Below are positions 19,303 through 29,829 of a stretch of 64,000 bases of DNA, piece by piece; positions within the stretch are counted from its first letter, which is position 1, and every line of letters begins with the position of its first letter. The notes below the pieces were generated by a model, which saw only the letters and a program-made list of their open reading frames with translations, made no database searches and was not told the origin of the DNA. The stretch is taken from the NCBI GenBank assembly GCA_039024555.1, contig JBCCQQ010000012.1, positions 41,347 to 105,346 of the forward strand, in the 5' to 3' direction. The position numbers were made by a program, and so were the translations under genes. This stretch comes from Cyanobacteria bacterium P01_D01_bin.156 (GTDB taxonomy: Bacteria; Cyanobacteriota; Cyanobacteriia; Phormidesmidales; Phormidesmidaceae).

Positions 19303-21033
19303 CTAGAAAAGCTCACCTGAAAGGGTAAATAAGATACCGCTTTCTTGTAAAGAATCACCTTCTGGACCCGGATCAATCAGAGGGATGCCAAAATCTATCC
19401 GAGCAGTCACGCGATCGCCAATCTGCCAGAGCAACCCCGTGCCAACCGATAGCAGTTGATCAGGGTCGGGATCGGCACGATCTCCATTGTTCCAGCCCCA
19501 GCCATAGTCAATAAAAGGTGCAATTTGGGCAGTGGTATCCCAGTCAGGGATCGATAACAAAGGGAAGCGCATCTCAACCGAAGCAAATAGACCATTGTCA
19601 GCAGTGGACTGATCTTGACGATAGCCACGCACGCTACCCTGACCCCCTAACCGAAACTGTTCTAGAGAAAGCAAAGGCCCATCGGCCAACTGCCCATTTA
19701 GTCGGGCCACTAACAATTGATCTCTACCAAATAGCTTGACCCATTGGGCCTGCCCCTGCCAGCTAAAAAATTCACTATCTGGGATGCCGCCATCATTGGT
19801 GGTGGCATCAAACCAGGGCACCCCCAAGCTAAATTGCGATCGCAACGCCAATACCTCATCCGCACTACGTTGAGTCCATTCCTGGCTAAACCGCACCGCA
19901 GACAAGCGGGTCTCGCCATCCTCAGACCCCAAGGTTTCAAACGGCAGACGCTCGGCACCGGGGAGTTGAAATGTGCTGCTGGTGCGATCGTGATCAAACG
20001 AGAGCCCCAACGCTAAAAGTTCGGTGGGCGTCTCAATAATCGGCTGTCGCAAATTGAAGGATAGCTGGTCAGAGTCAGAGCGAATCCCTAATACCTCAAA
20101 GTCATCCGCAACAACCCGACTATCTGTTGTACTAAAAGAAACCCCAACTGTTCCATTACGGGGGTTGATGGGGATTGTGTAATCAGCTTCCCAGGTATCA
20201 CTGCCATCCGTATTGCTATAGCTGAGGTTAAAACCATCACCCAACCCCAGGACATTGGCGTGGGAAAAGGTGGCTCGCCGACGAAAGCTGCCCACTGTAG
20301 TTGAGCGGCTGTTATCTAAGGTGATCTGAGTGCCAATGGCAGGCGCTTCTTTAACAGTGAGGTTGAGAATACTACCCCCGGTGCGAGTACCTGCAGCCAG
20401 CTCAGCAGAGATGCTTTCAATTAAGGGATTAATTTGCAACAGCTGCAAAGATTCTACTAAGTCTTCTACATTTAAGGGCGGCTGGGCAGCAATCCCAATG
20501 CGGCTGCGGATATAGCCAGGATGGAGGCGTTTTAGGCCCTCTATATTAATATCTTCTAAACTACCCTCTACCACCCGTATCTCGACCACGCCATCGTCAA
20601 TGAACTGGTCAGAGGGCAAAAAGGCCCCTGAGGAAACATAACCCGCATCTAGATAAAGCTGCGTTACAGCAGACCTTGCCTCAAATAGCTCAGTAAAGGT
20701 AATGGGTCGATTCACATAGTCCTGGGTCGCAGCCGCCAGTTCCGCCTCACTAAAAACGGTGCTGCCAATCACTTCAAATCGCTCAACTACCACTGTCCCT
20801 GGCACGTCTAAGCCAGGCTCTGGTAGGTCAGGGGGTGTTGGGGGTAAAGGGAGTAAATCTTCTGGGGAGGGCAGTGGTGCCGGTGGTTCAGGAATGGGTT
20901 CTGCTGGTTCGGGGGGTAAACCTGTATCGCTGGGCGGAGCTGATTGGGCAAAACTGTCTGTCGATAGAAAGCTAACTGAAGCTGCGATCGCAACAGCAAC
21001 GACCGTAAGCAACTGGATATTTTTAAATAGCAT
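19303..21033 (-). CDS. ShlB/FhaC/HecB-family TpsB outer-membrane transporter
   Basis: Signal peptide, Pro-rich linker, POTRA (YLDAGYVSSGAFLP...VVEG), GGQGSVRGY motif, terminal Phe. Confidence 0.95.
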   Translation of the reverse strand: MLFKNIQLLTVVAVAIAASVSFLSTDSFAQSAPPSDTGLPPEPAEPIPEPPAPLPSPEDLLPLPPTPPDLPEPGLDVPGTVVVERFEVIGSTVFSEAELAAATQDYVNRPITFTELFEARSAVTQLYLDAGYVSSGAFLPSDQFIDDGVVEIRVVEGSLEDINIEGLKRLHPGYIRSRIGIAAQPPLNVEDLVESLQLLQINPLIESISAELAAGTRTGGSILNLTVKEAPAIGTQITLDNSRSTTVGSFRRRATFSHANVLGLGDGFNLSYSNTDGSDTWEADYTIPINPRNGTVGVSFSTTDSRVVADDFEVLGIRSDSDQLSFNLRQPIIETPTELLALGLSFDHDRTSSTFQLPGAERLPFETLGSEDGETRLSAVRFSQEWTQRSADEVLALRSQFSLGVPWFDATTNDGGIPDSEFFSWQGQAQWVKLFGRDQLLVARLNGQLADGPLLSLEQFRLGGQGSVRGYRQDQSTADNGLFASVEMRFPLLSIPDWDTTAQIAPFIDYGWGWNNGDRADPDPDQLLSVGTGLLWQIGDRVTARIDFGIPLIDPGPEGDSLQESGILFTLSGELF

Positions 21034-21259
21034 TAAAGATTAGAACAACTCTAGTTTCTATCATTATTATCTAAAATTCAAGAAATCAAGTAAATTTTTG
21101 TTGAAGTAATCATTATTGAATAAGTACGATATTGCTAGATATAGATAAGATAATTTACCTTTTTTCTCCTTTCCTCTTTCCCCATCATCTGGAGTGAATA
21201 ACCTATTAGTCCTGAGCAAGATATCTATGTGAAGTCCTTGAGAAACAGGAATCAGGAAC

Positions 21260-21991
21260 ATGCACTCAGATGGTTATCACTATTGGACCTTAGGTTCGCT
21301 CTATCATCAGTTCGGCTATGTGGTCGAAGCACTCGATAATTATCAAGCCGCAATGCGAGCTTTTCAACAGGCAGGTGACTTTATCAGTATGGGCAAAATG
21401 TTGAGTTGCTTAGGCGAGCTCCATGCCCAATTGGGTGAGGATGGGCTCAGTCAAACGCTTTGCCAAACTGCAGTTCGTGTGTTGCAGCGAGAAAATGATC
21501 CCGTCGATGCAATTACCAGTTTGCGAACCTTGAGCCGGTTACACTACCGACAAAATCAGCCTTCACTGGCCCTAGACCCTTTAAAGAAAGCCCTTCACAT
21601 CTGTGAAGAGACAGGGGATGAACTCAATCAAGCCATAACCCTGTGTGACATGGCTGAACTCTATCTCAATCAAAACCAACATCTATTAGCCGTGAGCGTT
21701 TCTAAACAGGCGTTAGACATTTGCCATTGCCTCAATCATCTTGACCAGGTTGAGGCAGCTGTGCGCTGCTCAGCAACTGTACTCTGTCATCTCGCGCAGG
21801 TTTGTCAACACACGAGCCATCACGATTTAGCAATCGAGCATTACCTCGAAGCGCTCAGCCGGTTTGAACAGCTCGCCGACTCTATTAGTATGGCGCGAGT
21901 TTCAACTCAGTTGGCTCAACTCCATGAGCAACTGGGCCATGTAGCTGTAGCACTGCATTACTATCAGCAGGCGTTACTGCCATCTGAGTAA
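21260..21991 (+). CDS. Tetratricopeptide-repeat protein
   Basis: Repeated LG..Y...G....AL..Y..AL helices; divergent from tpsB. Confidence 0.85.
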   Translation: MHSDGYHYWTLGSLYHQFGYVVEALDNYQAAMRAFQQAGDFISMGKMLSCLGELHAQLGEDGLSQTLCQTAVRVLQRENDPVDAITSLRTLSRLHYRQNQPSLALDPLKKALHICEETGDELNQAITLCDMAELYLNQNQHLLAVSVSKQALDICHCLNHLDQVEAAVRCSATVLCHLAQVCQHTSHHDLAIEHYLEALSRFEQLADSISMARVSTQLAQLHEQLGHVAVALHYYQQALLPSE

Positions 21992-22046
21992 GTGTTACCA
22001 GCTCGGACCTATAACCTCTACAGAAAGCCCCCTTGGAGGAAACACA

Positions 22047-22202
22047 ATGATACCGATTTTGCCCATTTGCGTGTTTGCTTTTATCTTTGTGCTTTGGACT
22101 CAGACTGCTTTAGCCAATCCGCCTAAACCCCCATCTCCCAAAGAGGAGCTGGTGGATGCTGTGATCAAACTTCTAGAGCAGCAAACTGAAAAGAAGTCCT
22201 AA
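22047..22202 (+). CDS. Small secreted peptide (51 aa), not in ORF track
   Basis: GGAGG RBS at 22035; MIPILPICVFAFIFVLWTQTALA-NPPKPPSPKEELVDAVIKLLEQQTEKKS*; classical Sec signal ending in ALA. Confidence 0.65.
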   Translation: MIPILPICVFAFIFVLWTQTALANPPKPPSPKEELVDAVIKLLEQQTEKKS

Positions 22203-22299
22203 GAATCGTCTGAAATTTTTGAATTTGGGCTATGTTTTGAAGTAGCTAAAAATTATTGCCTCCTTATCCACAACCCTGTAGCTACATCAGGAAATCCCT

Positions 22300-22795
22300 A
22301 TGCCCCTTCGGTATCGTCAACGCTTGCCCCTCTGTGCAGTGGGTTTGTTACTTTTCTCTGGGATGGCCTTAGGGTGGCGACTAACCGCCATTGCATCAGA
22401 ACCTGCACCATCCGTCAGGCTGTCTACCTTGACGGATGTTACCTCGTCCCTTGACTCGGTCCTTCCTACAACATCTTATTTGCCAGATGGGTTGGAGCGT
22501 TCTGAGTCGCCTGTGGGCATGGGCGAGGGGTGATCGGAGGGGGCAATCGCACGGAAGTGACCAAATTACAGAAAAAATTGACCAGGTTGTTTATCACAAG
22601 TGTGATACTTTTGGTGGGGCGTCAGGAGGACCTATTTTGGCGGAAATTGAGGGTGAATGTCGGATTGTGGCAGTGAACTCGGCGGAGCAGACTACCCGAG
22701 AAGGGGAAGGCATTGTCAACTATGCGGTGCAGGTGCCAAGGTTGTTGGCCCAGTTAGAGCAGTGGTTGGTCAGCGCAGAGGTAGAGAGTAGATGA
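22300..22795 (+). pseudogene. Internally deleted trypsin-like (V8/glutamyl endopeptidase-type) serine protease
   Basis: Signal peptide/pro-region in 22300..22533; catalytic-Ser region HKCDTFGGASGGPIL...IVAVNSAE in another frame; His/Asp-bearing middle absent. Confidence 0.75.
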
Positions 22796-25700
22796 TAAGG
22801 CCAAAGTTGACAGTTGGTTTGTTGTTGCCCTGGTTGATGGCATTGACAATGAGCGCGGACAAAGTTTCTGCTTTCGACCAAGATTATCTGGTGTACCAAA
22901 ATCTGAAACATGAGCTACAAGCGAAATACTCCTCTGCTGAATTTTTGATATCTAATTGGAAAAGATTGGCTGAATTGAAGCATAGTCATGTAATGCAGCC
23001 CCTACAACCTTTAACAAAAACAGGAATAATTGAAGTTGTACCTGAAGGCGTCGTATACGAAGATATTCATACTTTCGAGGGAAGATCAGGCCAGGGAGTA
23101 GTCATAGAATTAACTAGTGATCATGATCCTGTGTATCTTCTCCTAGTCAACTCTAATTATGAAGAAATTGCTCAAATTAGAGGAGATGCCAATAGTGATT
23201 TGAGCTTAACTTTGTCTTTGCCCGAGACAGATACTTATACGGTTCTGACAAGTGCATCGTTTGTTGAAGAGGTTGGTTATACGCTACATATCAGGTCGGC
23301 TATTGCTGAAGAGGTGAGAATAGCAGAACTTCAGAGAGAGGTTGTTGACCTTCATGCACAAGGCATCTACTCAAGTACTATTCCTATGATTGAAGAAATT
23401 GCTGCTCTTGAAGAGAGAACTCTGGGGTCAAGTCATCTTAATTATGCTATTAGCTTGAAGAAACTATCATTTACTCATGGCGTACTGGGTGATCATAGCA
23501 AGGCTGAGTCTTTTCTAATTAAAGCTCTCGAGATACAAAGACAGAATTTAGGAGAGAATCACTTAATAGTTGCAGATACTCTCCAACAGCTAGCGCTTAC
23601 TTATCTGGCTTTAGGTCGCACAGATAAGGCAGAAACCTTACTTCTGAAAGTCCTTAATATCAAGAAGGAGAAATTATCGATTGATGATAGCAGCTATCTA
23701 AGAACACTTCACGAGATAGGGTTCTTATATTATACTCAAAATCGCTTGAGTGAAGCGGAAAATATTTATCTAAGATTGCTTAATATCTTTGATCAAGGTG
23801 AGGCAAGTTCTTATCCAACTTCATCACGTTTAGCCGTGTTAAACAACCTAGCATTAGTTTACTATAGTCAGCTTCGTTATGATGAAGCCCAAGACATATA
23901 TCGAAGAATACTCGATATTGATCCTGAATATGAAGCTGCCATATATAATCAAGGTCTAATTTTCCATAAAGAAGGTCAATATGATGACGCTATTGAACAA
24001 TATCGCGAAGCAATCAGATTAATCGTAAATCGACGAGATAACGAGGCTCCTATCTTAGGATCTATGCTAAGGGAGTTGTCTTTATCGTCTTGGGCTCAGG
24101 GAGAATATGATAAGGCACTCAACCTCCTTGAAAGAGCTTTATATTTAGATGCAAGATTTATTCAGCTCAATATTCTAACTGGTACTGATCAGCAGAAAAG
24201 AGAATTCCTTGATAAGAATAAAAGAATCCTAAATCAAACAGTCTCTCTATACCTTGATGGAATGCCTGAATCTCCAGAAGCAGCTAAACTTGCTTTTCAA
24301 GCAATACTTCAATTTAAAGGTAAGGTGTTAGATCTAGTTTCAGTCAATCGTCAACAAGTAGGTGTCAGTTTTACAGAAAATGAGCAACATTTGTTAGAAC
24401 AATTGGAAAGTATATATTCTCAAATAGCTAACTTGACGTATCAAGATACTGAGAATCTTTCACTCGAAGCTCATGATGTACAGGTAATAGATTTAGAAAC
24501 TGATGCTCAAGAACTCGAAGAGCAGCTAGCATTAACGAGTGCTGGACTACATGTAGAATTTAATGCTGATTTGTTTGAAGAGATCAAAAAGGTTATTCCA
24601 GATAGCAGCGTTCTTGTTGAGATACTTAAATATGATCCTACAGCAGCAGAATCCTCCATACTTGATCGTTTTTTGGAGGATTCTCGGTATGTAGCATTTA
24701 TAATGCTTCCTAGTGGATATATAAAGGGAGTTGATTTAGGTAGCGCAAATCTTATAGAGAAACACATTAAGCATTATCGCTATGCACTAAATACTCAAAA
24801 AGAGGATATCAAAGAAGTTGCTCGTGAACTTGATAAATTTTTAATGGAGCCCCTTAGAGAGTACCTCGACAACAAAACACATATCCTCCTTTCACCAGAT
24901 AGCCAATTAAACCTAATTCCCTTCGAAGCTTTAGTTGATGAGAATGATCGCTATCTTTTAGAAAGATATACATTTACCTATTTAAATTCCGGGCGTGATC
25001 TCTTGAAATTTCAAACTACAGAATCTAATGCCCAAATAAGCCAAGCTCCTGTAATAGTAGCTAATCCAGATTATAACTATTCGGAGGAAATAGAAGCTTC
25101 AAAAGACAATACAGCCTCTGGTTCTAGCTTACAGAGTGAACATCATTTTGTTGATTCAAATGGTAGGCGCTCAGTTGATTTATCTGAGCTTTATTTTTCT
25201 TCCTTAGATGGTACAGAGCTTGAAGCTGACAATATCATTTCGCTAATACCAGAATTTAGTTTATTAGAAGGAGCTCAGGCAACGGAAAATGCAATAAAGC
25301 AAGTTCAAAATCCTAAAATTTTACACCTGGCAACTCACGGCTTCTTCCTTCCAGACATAGAATGCTATCCTTCTGGAGATACTAGGAGAAGCTTGGGATC
25401 GGATGACCGAGCCAGTATTCTGCTACAGCCCGTTTTTGCAGATCAAGCTCCTGATTGTCAACCTACGCCTAGTAACTCTGAAAATCCTTTATTGCGTTCT
25501 GGTCTAGCATTTGCTGGCTTCAATCTTCGTAAGAGTGGTAGTGAGGATGGAGTCTTAACAGCTCTAGAAGTGATGGGATTAGATTTAAGTGCCACAGAGC
25601 TTGTTGTACTTTCTGCTTGTGAAACAGGATTGGGAGATGTTTCTAATGGTGAAGGTGTTTATGGGCTGCGACGTGCTTTTACAATAGCAGGGGCTCAAAG

Positions 25701-25911
25701 CCAATTGATAAGCCTATGGAGAGTTGCCGACTACGAGACTAGTTTACTGATGACACTCTTTTACAAAAATCTTAACCATGGAATGGGACGTAGTGAAGCT
25801 TTTCGTGCAGCACAGCTGGAAATGATGCAACAGCCAGAATATATCCATCCCTATTATTGGGCAAGTTTTATTTCATCAGGTGATTGGACGCCTCTAAATT
25901 TTTATTTTTGA
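22792..25911 (+). CDS. PPC-like + TPR + CHAT domain protease
   Basis: Signal peptide; DIHTFEGRSGQ..LPETDTYTV PPC-like domain; kinesin-light-chain-type TPRs; LHLATHGFF, LSACETG, HPYYWASF. Confidence 0.93.
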   Translation: MIRPKLTVGLLLPWLMALTMSADKVSAFDQDYLVYQNLKHELQAKYSSAEFLISNWKRLAELKHSHVMQPLQPLTKTGIIEVVPEGVVYEDIHTFEGRSGQGVVIELTSDHDPVYLLLVNSNYEEIAQIRGDANSDLSLTLSLPETDTYTVLTSASFVEEVGYTLHIRSAIAEEVRIAELQREVVDLHAQGIYSSTIPMIEEIAALEERTLGSSHLNYAISLKKLSFTHGVLGDHSKAESFLIKALEIQRQNLGENHLIVADTLQQLALTYLALGRTDKAETLLLKVLNIKKEKLSIDDSSYLRTLHEIGFLYYTQNRLSEAENIYLRLLNIFDQGEASSYPTSSRLAVLNNLALVYYSQLRYDEAQDIYRRILDIDPEYEAAIYNQGLIFHKEGQYDDAIEQYREAIRLIVNRRDNEAPILGSMLRELSLSSWAQGEYDKALNLLERALYLDARFIQLNILTGTDQQKREFLDKNKRILNQTVSLYLDGMPESPEAAKLAFQAILQFKGKVLDLVSVNRQQVGVSFTENEQHLLEQLESIYSQIANLTYQDTENLSLEAHDVQVIDLETDAQELEEQLALTSAGLHVEFNADLFEEIKKVIPDSSVLVEILKYDPTAAESSILDRFLEDSRYVAFIMLPSGYIKGVDLGSANLIEKHIKHYRYALNTQKEDIKEVARELDKFLMEPLREYLDNKTHILLSPDSQLNLIPFEALVDENDRYLLERYTFTYLNSGRDLLKFQTTESNAQISQAPVIVANPDYNYSEEIEASKDNTASGSSLQSEHHFVDSNGRRSVDLSELYFSSLDGTELEADNIISLIPEFSLLEGAQATENAIKQVQNPKILHLATHGFFLPDIECYPSGDTRRSLGSDDRASILLQPVFADQAPDCQPTPSNSENPLLRSGLAFAGFNLRKSGSEDGVLTALEVMGLDLSATELVVLSACETGLGDVSNGEGVYGLRRAFTIAGAQSQLISLWRVADYETSLLMTLFYKNLNHGMGRSEAFRAAQLEMMQQPEYIHPYYWASFISSGDWTPLNFYF

Positions 25912-26033
25912 GGTTGATTGTTGTTGGTTTGACAGAACAGACATTTTTTTTGCTCTGAATCTTTTATGTTTCATTAGGAAAGACTACAACCAGTTTTTTT
26001 GACAAGAAGATAAATACTTTGTAGATAAATAAA

Positions 26034-26063
26034 AAGGTGACTCATCTGTTGATAAGTCACCTT
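26034..26063. terminator. Inverted repeat between convergent genes, probable bidirectional terminator
   Basis: AAGGTGACTcATC-tgtt-GATaAGTCACCTT, preceded by an A-run. Confidence 0.65.
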
Positions 26064-26134
26064 GACTAATGAGACTTTAAACTTTGGGCCTATTTCATTG
26101 ACTGACTGCTAGCAGAGAAGATAGTCGATACTAT

Positions 26135-27067
26135 CTATTTGCTATCTGACTTAATGGGGTTATGCTTAAACTTTGCGATCGCACCCCCTGCACCCATCAA
26201 TATCATAGCCAGAACCGTCCCAGGTTCCGGTACGCGCTCAGGAGATGGACTATCTCCAAATACTTCACCGGATACTGGTTGGTAGTTTGCCCGCCTGACC
26301 TGCCGTAGAACCGTCCTAGACTGTAGCAGTTTAGGAGATGAATCGAGCAACAGATTGCTGGCCATCACCTTTTCCCCCTCCTCAGATCGGATACCCTCTT
26401 CAAAAAGTGAGAGGTTGGACGTTAATAGGCCTGACCCTAAAACAGACTTAGTCTCAGGTTGATTAATCGGTTGAGTAGCCGTTAACAGCTCCGTAGCGGG
26501 TAGTAAATCTAATGGCTGAGATACTAGTTTCACCAAAAGTTCAAATGGATCTCCTAACGTGGGAGGCTCAGCGTAGACACTAACCCAGGGCTCTTCTACG
26601 TCAGGCACATAGTCACGCCCTAAGCGAAAAAAATCAGTCTGTCCCGTTGAGACTTCAGATTCCAACGGAGAGGGTGGCGGCAACGTGATGTTTGGATCAA
26701 ATTCAAACTGTGGATTAACCTCAATATTGGGCGAGACCTCGATATTCGGAGATACCTCAATATTGGGGTTTACATCGACACCCGGTTGCACCTTGAGCGC
26801 GGCCTCCAGAAAAATTTTCAGCAACTCAACATTGATGGTTTGGTCCAGCTTAAACGGTTCGATTAAGGTTATATCCGGCTTCGATATGTCAAACTTGTCT
26901 CCTAGTTCTAGAATATGAAATGGCCCAATCTGGACATTGCGATTGAAAAGGTTGAAAGTCAGTTTATTGCCTGACAATAGTGTGATGCTTGTCGTTGCCG
27001 ATAACGCAATGGCAGGTAAAGCAGCGGCTCTAAGAAGACGTTTCCAGGCTGATTTTGGTGGGGACAT
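26135..27067 (-). CDS. PEP-CTERM sorting-domain protein
   Basis: C-terminal VPEPGTVLAMILMGAGGAIAKFKH; N-terminal signal; internal (S/N)PNIEV hexapeptide repeats; ATG 27067 follows GAGGAG. Confidence 0.85.
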   Translation of the reverse strand: MSPPKSAWKRLLRAAALPAIALSATTSITLLSGNKLTFNLFNRNVQIGPFHILELGDKFDISKPDITLIEPFKLDQTINVELLKIFLEAALKVQPGVDVNPNIEVSPNIEVSPNIEVNPQFEFDPNITLPPPSPLESEVSTGQTDFFRLGRDYVPDVEEPWVSVYAEPPTLGDPFELLVKLVSQPLDLLPATELLTATQPINQPETKSVLGSGLLTSNLSLFEEGIRSEEGEKVMASNLLLDSSPKLLQSRTVLRQVRRANYQPVSGEVFGDSPSPERVPEPGTVLAMILMGAGGAIAKFKHNPIKSDSK

Positions 27068-27339
27068 ATGTATTCTCCTCTTCAAAAAGAGATGAGCGGA
27101 TCTTGTACAGCACAGCAGCTAGGCCGGCGACCGTACTGTAGTCGTGTATTTCTGTCCGATCAGAGCTTATTCAGGTTTACGAACGGCACTCTGATCAAAA
27201 CCTTTTGAATAAGCTCTCCTTGTCAAGAAAGATAGCTTGATAGCGCGATGAGAGAACTGTTCGTGCTCAAGAAGTCAAATGGTGAAGCCTCTTGGCGGAT
27301 AACCACTGCACTTCTTATTACCAATCTTTGTGAGGAATT

Positions 27340-29145
27340 TTGAATATGTTTGACCCGATCGTCCCTCATGCAGAGGGCGTATTGACCCCTGCTTGGACAA
27401 ACTGGGCTGTTCCCGGACTCGATGCATTGTTGCAACCTCAGCCGTTGAGCACAAATCTAGGGGATCTACTCTTTGATCTTGCTGCGACAACTGAAGCCCT
27501 TACGTTAGCAGATAAGTCTCCTGATGGGTTGATACCTTTGGTAATTCAGGAGCTACAAGGCACATCCGCAACTGTTAATAATCGTTCATCTGTAATCAAT
27601 CAGCCCCCCTTTTATGATGGCCCCGATACTCTTTTGGGGGATATGTCTGCAAGCGTTAAGGATGCCGATCTTCCGGATTGGCTATTGTCATCTGGTACTC
27701 ATCTCTGGCAGAACACCTCTGCTAATGAACCGGCAACCTCCAACGACGATACATTGGTCGGACCACGTGATTTAGGCAGTTTGGCAGGGGCAGTACAGAT
27801 TGATGGGTTTGTGGGCAGTCGCGGTCAAACCAACTACCAGCTCAACCTCTCTGCTGAAGCGATCGGTGGCATCAGGACTGAATCAGGATACCTCTGGGCC
27901 GATACGTTTACCCATCAGTCGGGATATGCCTACACTGTGTTCTCAGGCAATGGCAACGTCCAATTTGGAGACGGCTACCGTGACCTCATTGACCTATCTA
28001 ACATTGACTCAAGCACCGTTAGCTTTAATCTGGCAGGCATTAACGGCGATGGTATGTTGCACAATCCTGGAAATGGCATGCGCATATTTGATGCAATTAC
28101 CCTCAGCAACGGTGAGCAAATCCTTTTTGAAGGGATTGACACTCTGAGCTTTGCTGACGGTGACCTCAATCTGTCTACCATTCCCAATGACCCCTATTTT
28201 GGCTATCAGTGGAACCTGCATATGATGGGAGTTCACAACGCATGGCGGTTTACAACCGGCTCTGCTGACGATGTTTTAGTCGGTGTGCAAGATACTGGCC
28301 TGATGTTGGATTTCAACGGAGCTATGCATACTGACCTGGATGCCAACCGGACCTATGTTGACTTGCAAAACTATAGCGATGAGTCCCTTGATGCCTCTCA
28401 TGGGGCCGCAGTACAAAGCATTATTGCAGCCGCGACCAATAACAATAGCAGTATGAGTGGTATCAATTGGGCCTCCAACGTACTGCATCTAGATGTGTTG
28501 GGGGGCGAAAGCACGGATTATGATCTGGCAGACGCGACGGAGATGATGATTAATGAAGCTGCTCGCAATGACCAACGCCTGGTCATCAATATGAGCCTGG
28601 GCTTAGATAGCCAGGGGACTGTTGGTATTTCTCCTAATCTGGAGCGCCTGATTGCAAACCATCAAGAGGATGTGCTGTTTGTGATTGCCACGGGCAATGA
28701 TGATCAGAACTATCTGTCTTACCCGGCGAATCTAGCTAACTTATACGGCAATGTGATGGCGATTGGGGCTTCCTGGGGTATGCAGGATGTGGACGGCAAT
28801 CCCAAGGTGCCAGGAGATCGCATCTCTTACCCAGGCTGGTGGGGCTCTAACTTTGGCTATGGCATGTCTTTGATGGGTCCCTCGGAGGTAGTGGCAGCTG
28901 AGTCTGCCCCCTGGAATGTGCATGGGTATACCGGTGTGTTTAATGGCACCTCTGCGGCCACACCCAATGTGGCTGGTGTCGCCTCGCTTGTGTGGAGTGC
29001 AAACCCTGATTTAGCTGCCACTGAGGTACATCAGATCCTGGCGCAGACCGCCTATGACTTGGGTATACCTGGCTATGATCAGATCTATGGCAATGGGTTC
29101 GTAAATGCAGATGCAGCAGTACGACAGGCGTTGGCTTGGAGTTAG
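27340..29145 (+). CDS. S8 family (subtilisin-like) serine peptidase
   Basis: Triad motifs VGVQDTG, SHGAAV, NGTSAATPNVAG; oxyanion ATGND. Confidence 0.93.
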   Translation: MNMFDPIVPHAEGVLTPAWTNWAVPGLDALLQPQPLSTNLGDLLFDLAATTEALTLADKSPDGLIPLVIQELQGTSATVNNRSSVINQPPFYDGPDTLLGDMSASVKDADLPDWLLSSGTHLWQNTSANEPATSNDDTLVGPRDLGSLAGAVQIDGFVGSRGQTNYQLNLSAEAIGGIRTESGYLWADTFTHQSGYAYTVFSGNGNVQFGDGYRDLIDLSNIDSSTVSFNLAGINGDGMLHNPGNGMRIFDAITLSNGEQILFEGIDTLSFADGDLNLSTIPNDPYFGYQWNLHMMGVHNAWRFTTGSADDVLVGVQDTGLMLDFNGAMHTDLDANRTYVDLQNYSDESLDASHGAAVQSIIAAATNNNSSMSGINWASNVLHLDVLGGESTDYDLADATEMMINEAARNDQRLVINMSLGLDSQGTVGISPNLERLIANHQEDVLFVIATGNDDQNYLSYPANLANLYGNVMAIGASWGMQDVDGNPKVPGDRISYPGWWGSNFGYGMSLMGPSEVVAAESAPWNVHGYTGVFNGTSAATPNVAGVASLVWSANPDLAATEVHQILAQTAYDLGIPGYDQIYGNGFVNADAAVRQALAWS

Positions 29146-29243
29146 TGAGTAATCGGTGGTAGGTGGGGTGTTCAGTTTATCGAATGCCCACACCTATCAC
29201 CTACCGCCTAGTCTTTAGTTTCAACCCGTTCGTAGTAGCTCTT

Positions 29244-29759
29244 ATGAAAGCGCTCCTTTCCCTACTAATCAGCAGCAGTTTATGCATAGCTGACTGTACT
29301 GCTCTGACAGTATCGACTCCAACATCCTCTCAACCGATGGAAACCATTGATTTTGAACCAATACCGCTAAGCGCACCTGGCCTTAACCAACGTTACATTG
29401 CTGAGCTAACCCTTTGGATAATTCGCGATGAGTCAGACTGGCAGGCTTTCTGGCGACAGCAGCAGCGGTTACTATCAGAGCCGCCTCCTTTGCCCGATAT
29501 TGACTTTACAGCCCAGATGCTGCTGGTGCTGACACTGGGCTCACGACCAACAGGGGGGTATGGTCTAGAGATTGACCGGATTGAATTGCTGGAGACGACT
29601 CAGCCTACATGGCGAATCTACTATTTGGAGAGGGTACCTGGTAAAACCTGCCTGGTAACACAGCAGACAACCACGCCCACAGCTTTTGTTAGCGTGCCGC
29701 TTAGCAATGCAGAGATTGAGCTAACTGGGCAGATCCTTGTTAACAACTGTGAACATTAG
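29244..29759 (+). CDS. PrcB-family (protease complex subunit) protein
   Basis: Signal peptide from ATG 29244; PDIDF...LGSRPTGGYGLEI...CLVTQQTTTP typical of the PrcB C-terminal domain. Confidence 0.8.
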   Translation: MKALLSLLISSSLCIADCTALTVSTPTSSQPMETIDFEPIPLSAPGLNQRYIAELTLWIIRDESDWQAFWRQQQRLLSEPPPLPDIDFTAQMLLVLTLGSRPTGGYGLEIDRIELLETTQPTWRIYYLERVPGKTCLVTQQTTTPTAFVSVPLSNAEIELTGQILVNNCEH

Positions 29760-29829
29760 GTTTGAATAAGTTTTCTTGCTTCAGCTAGATAGGTAGACAA
29801 TACCTGTAGCTTTCTGGAAATGGATTCCG

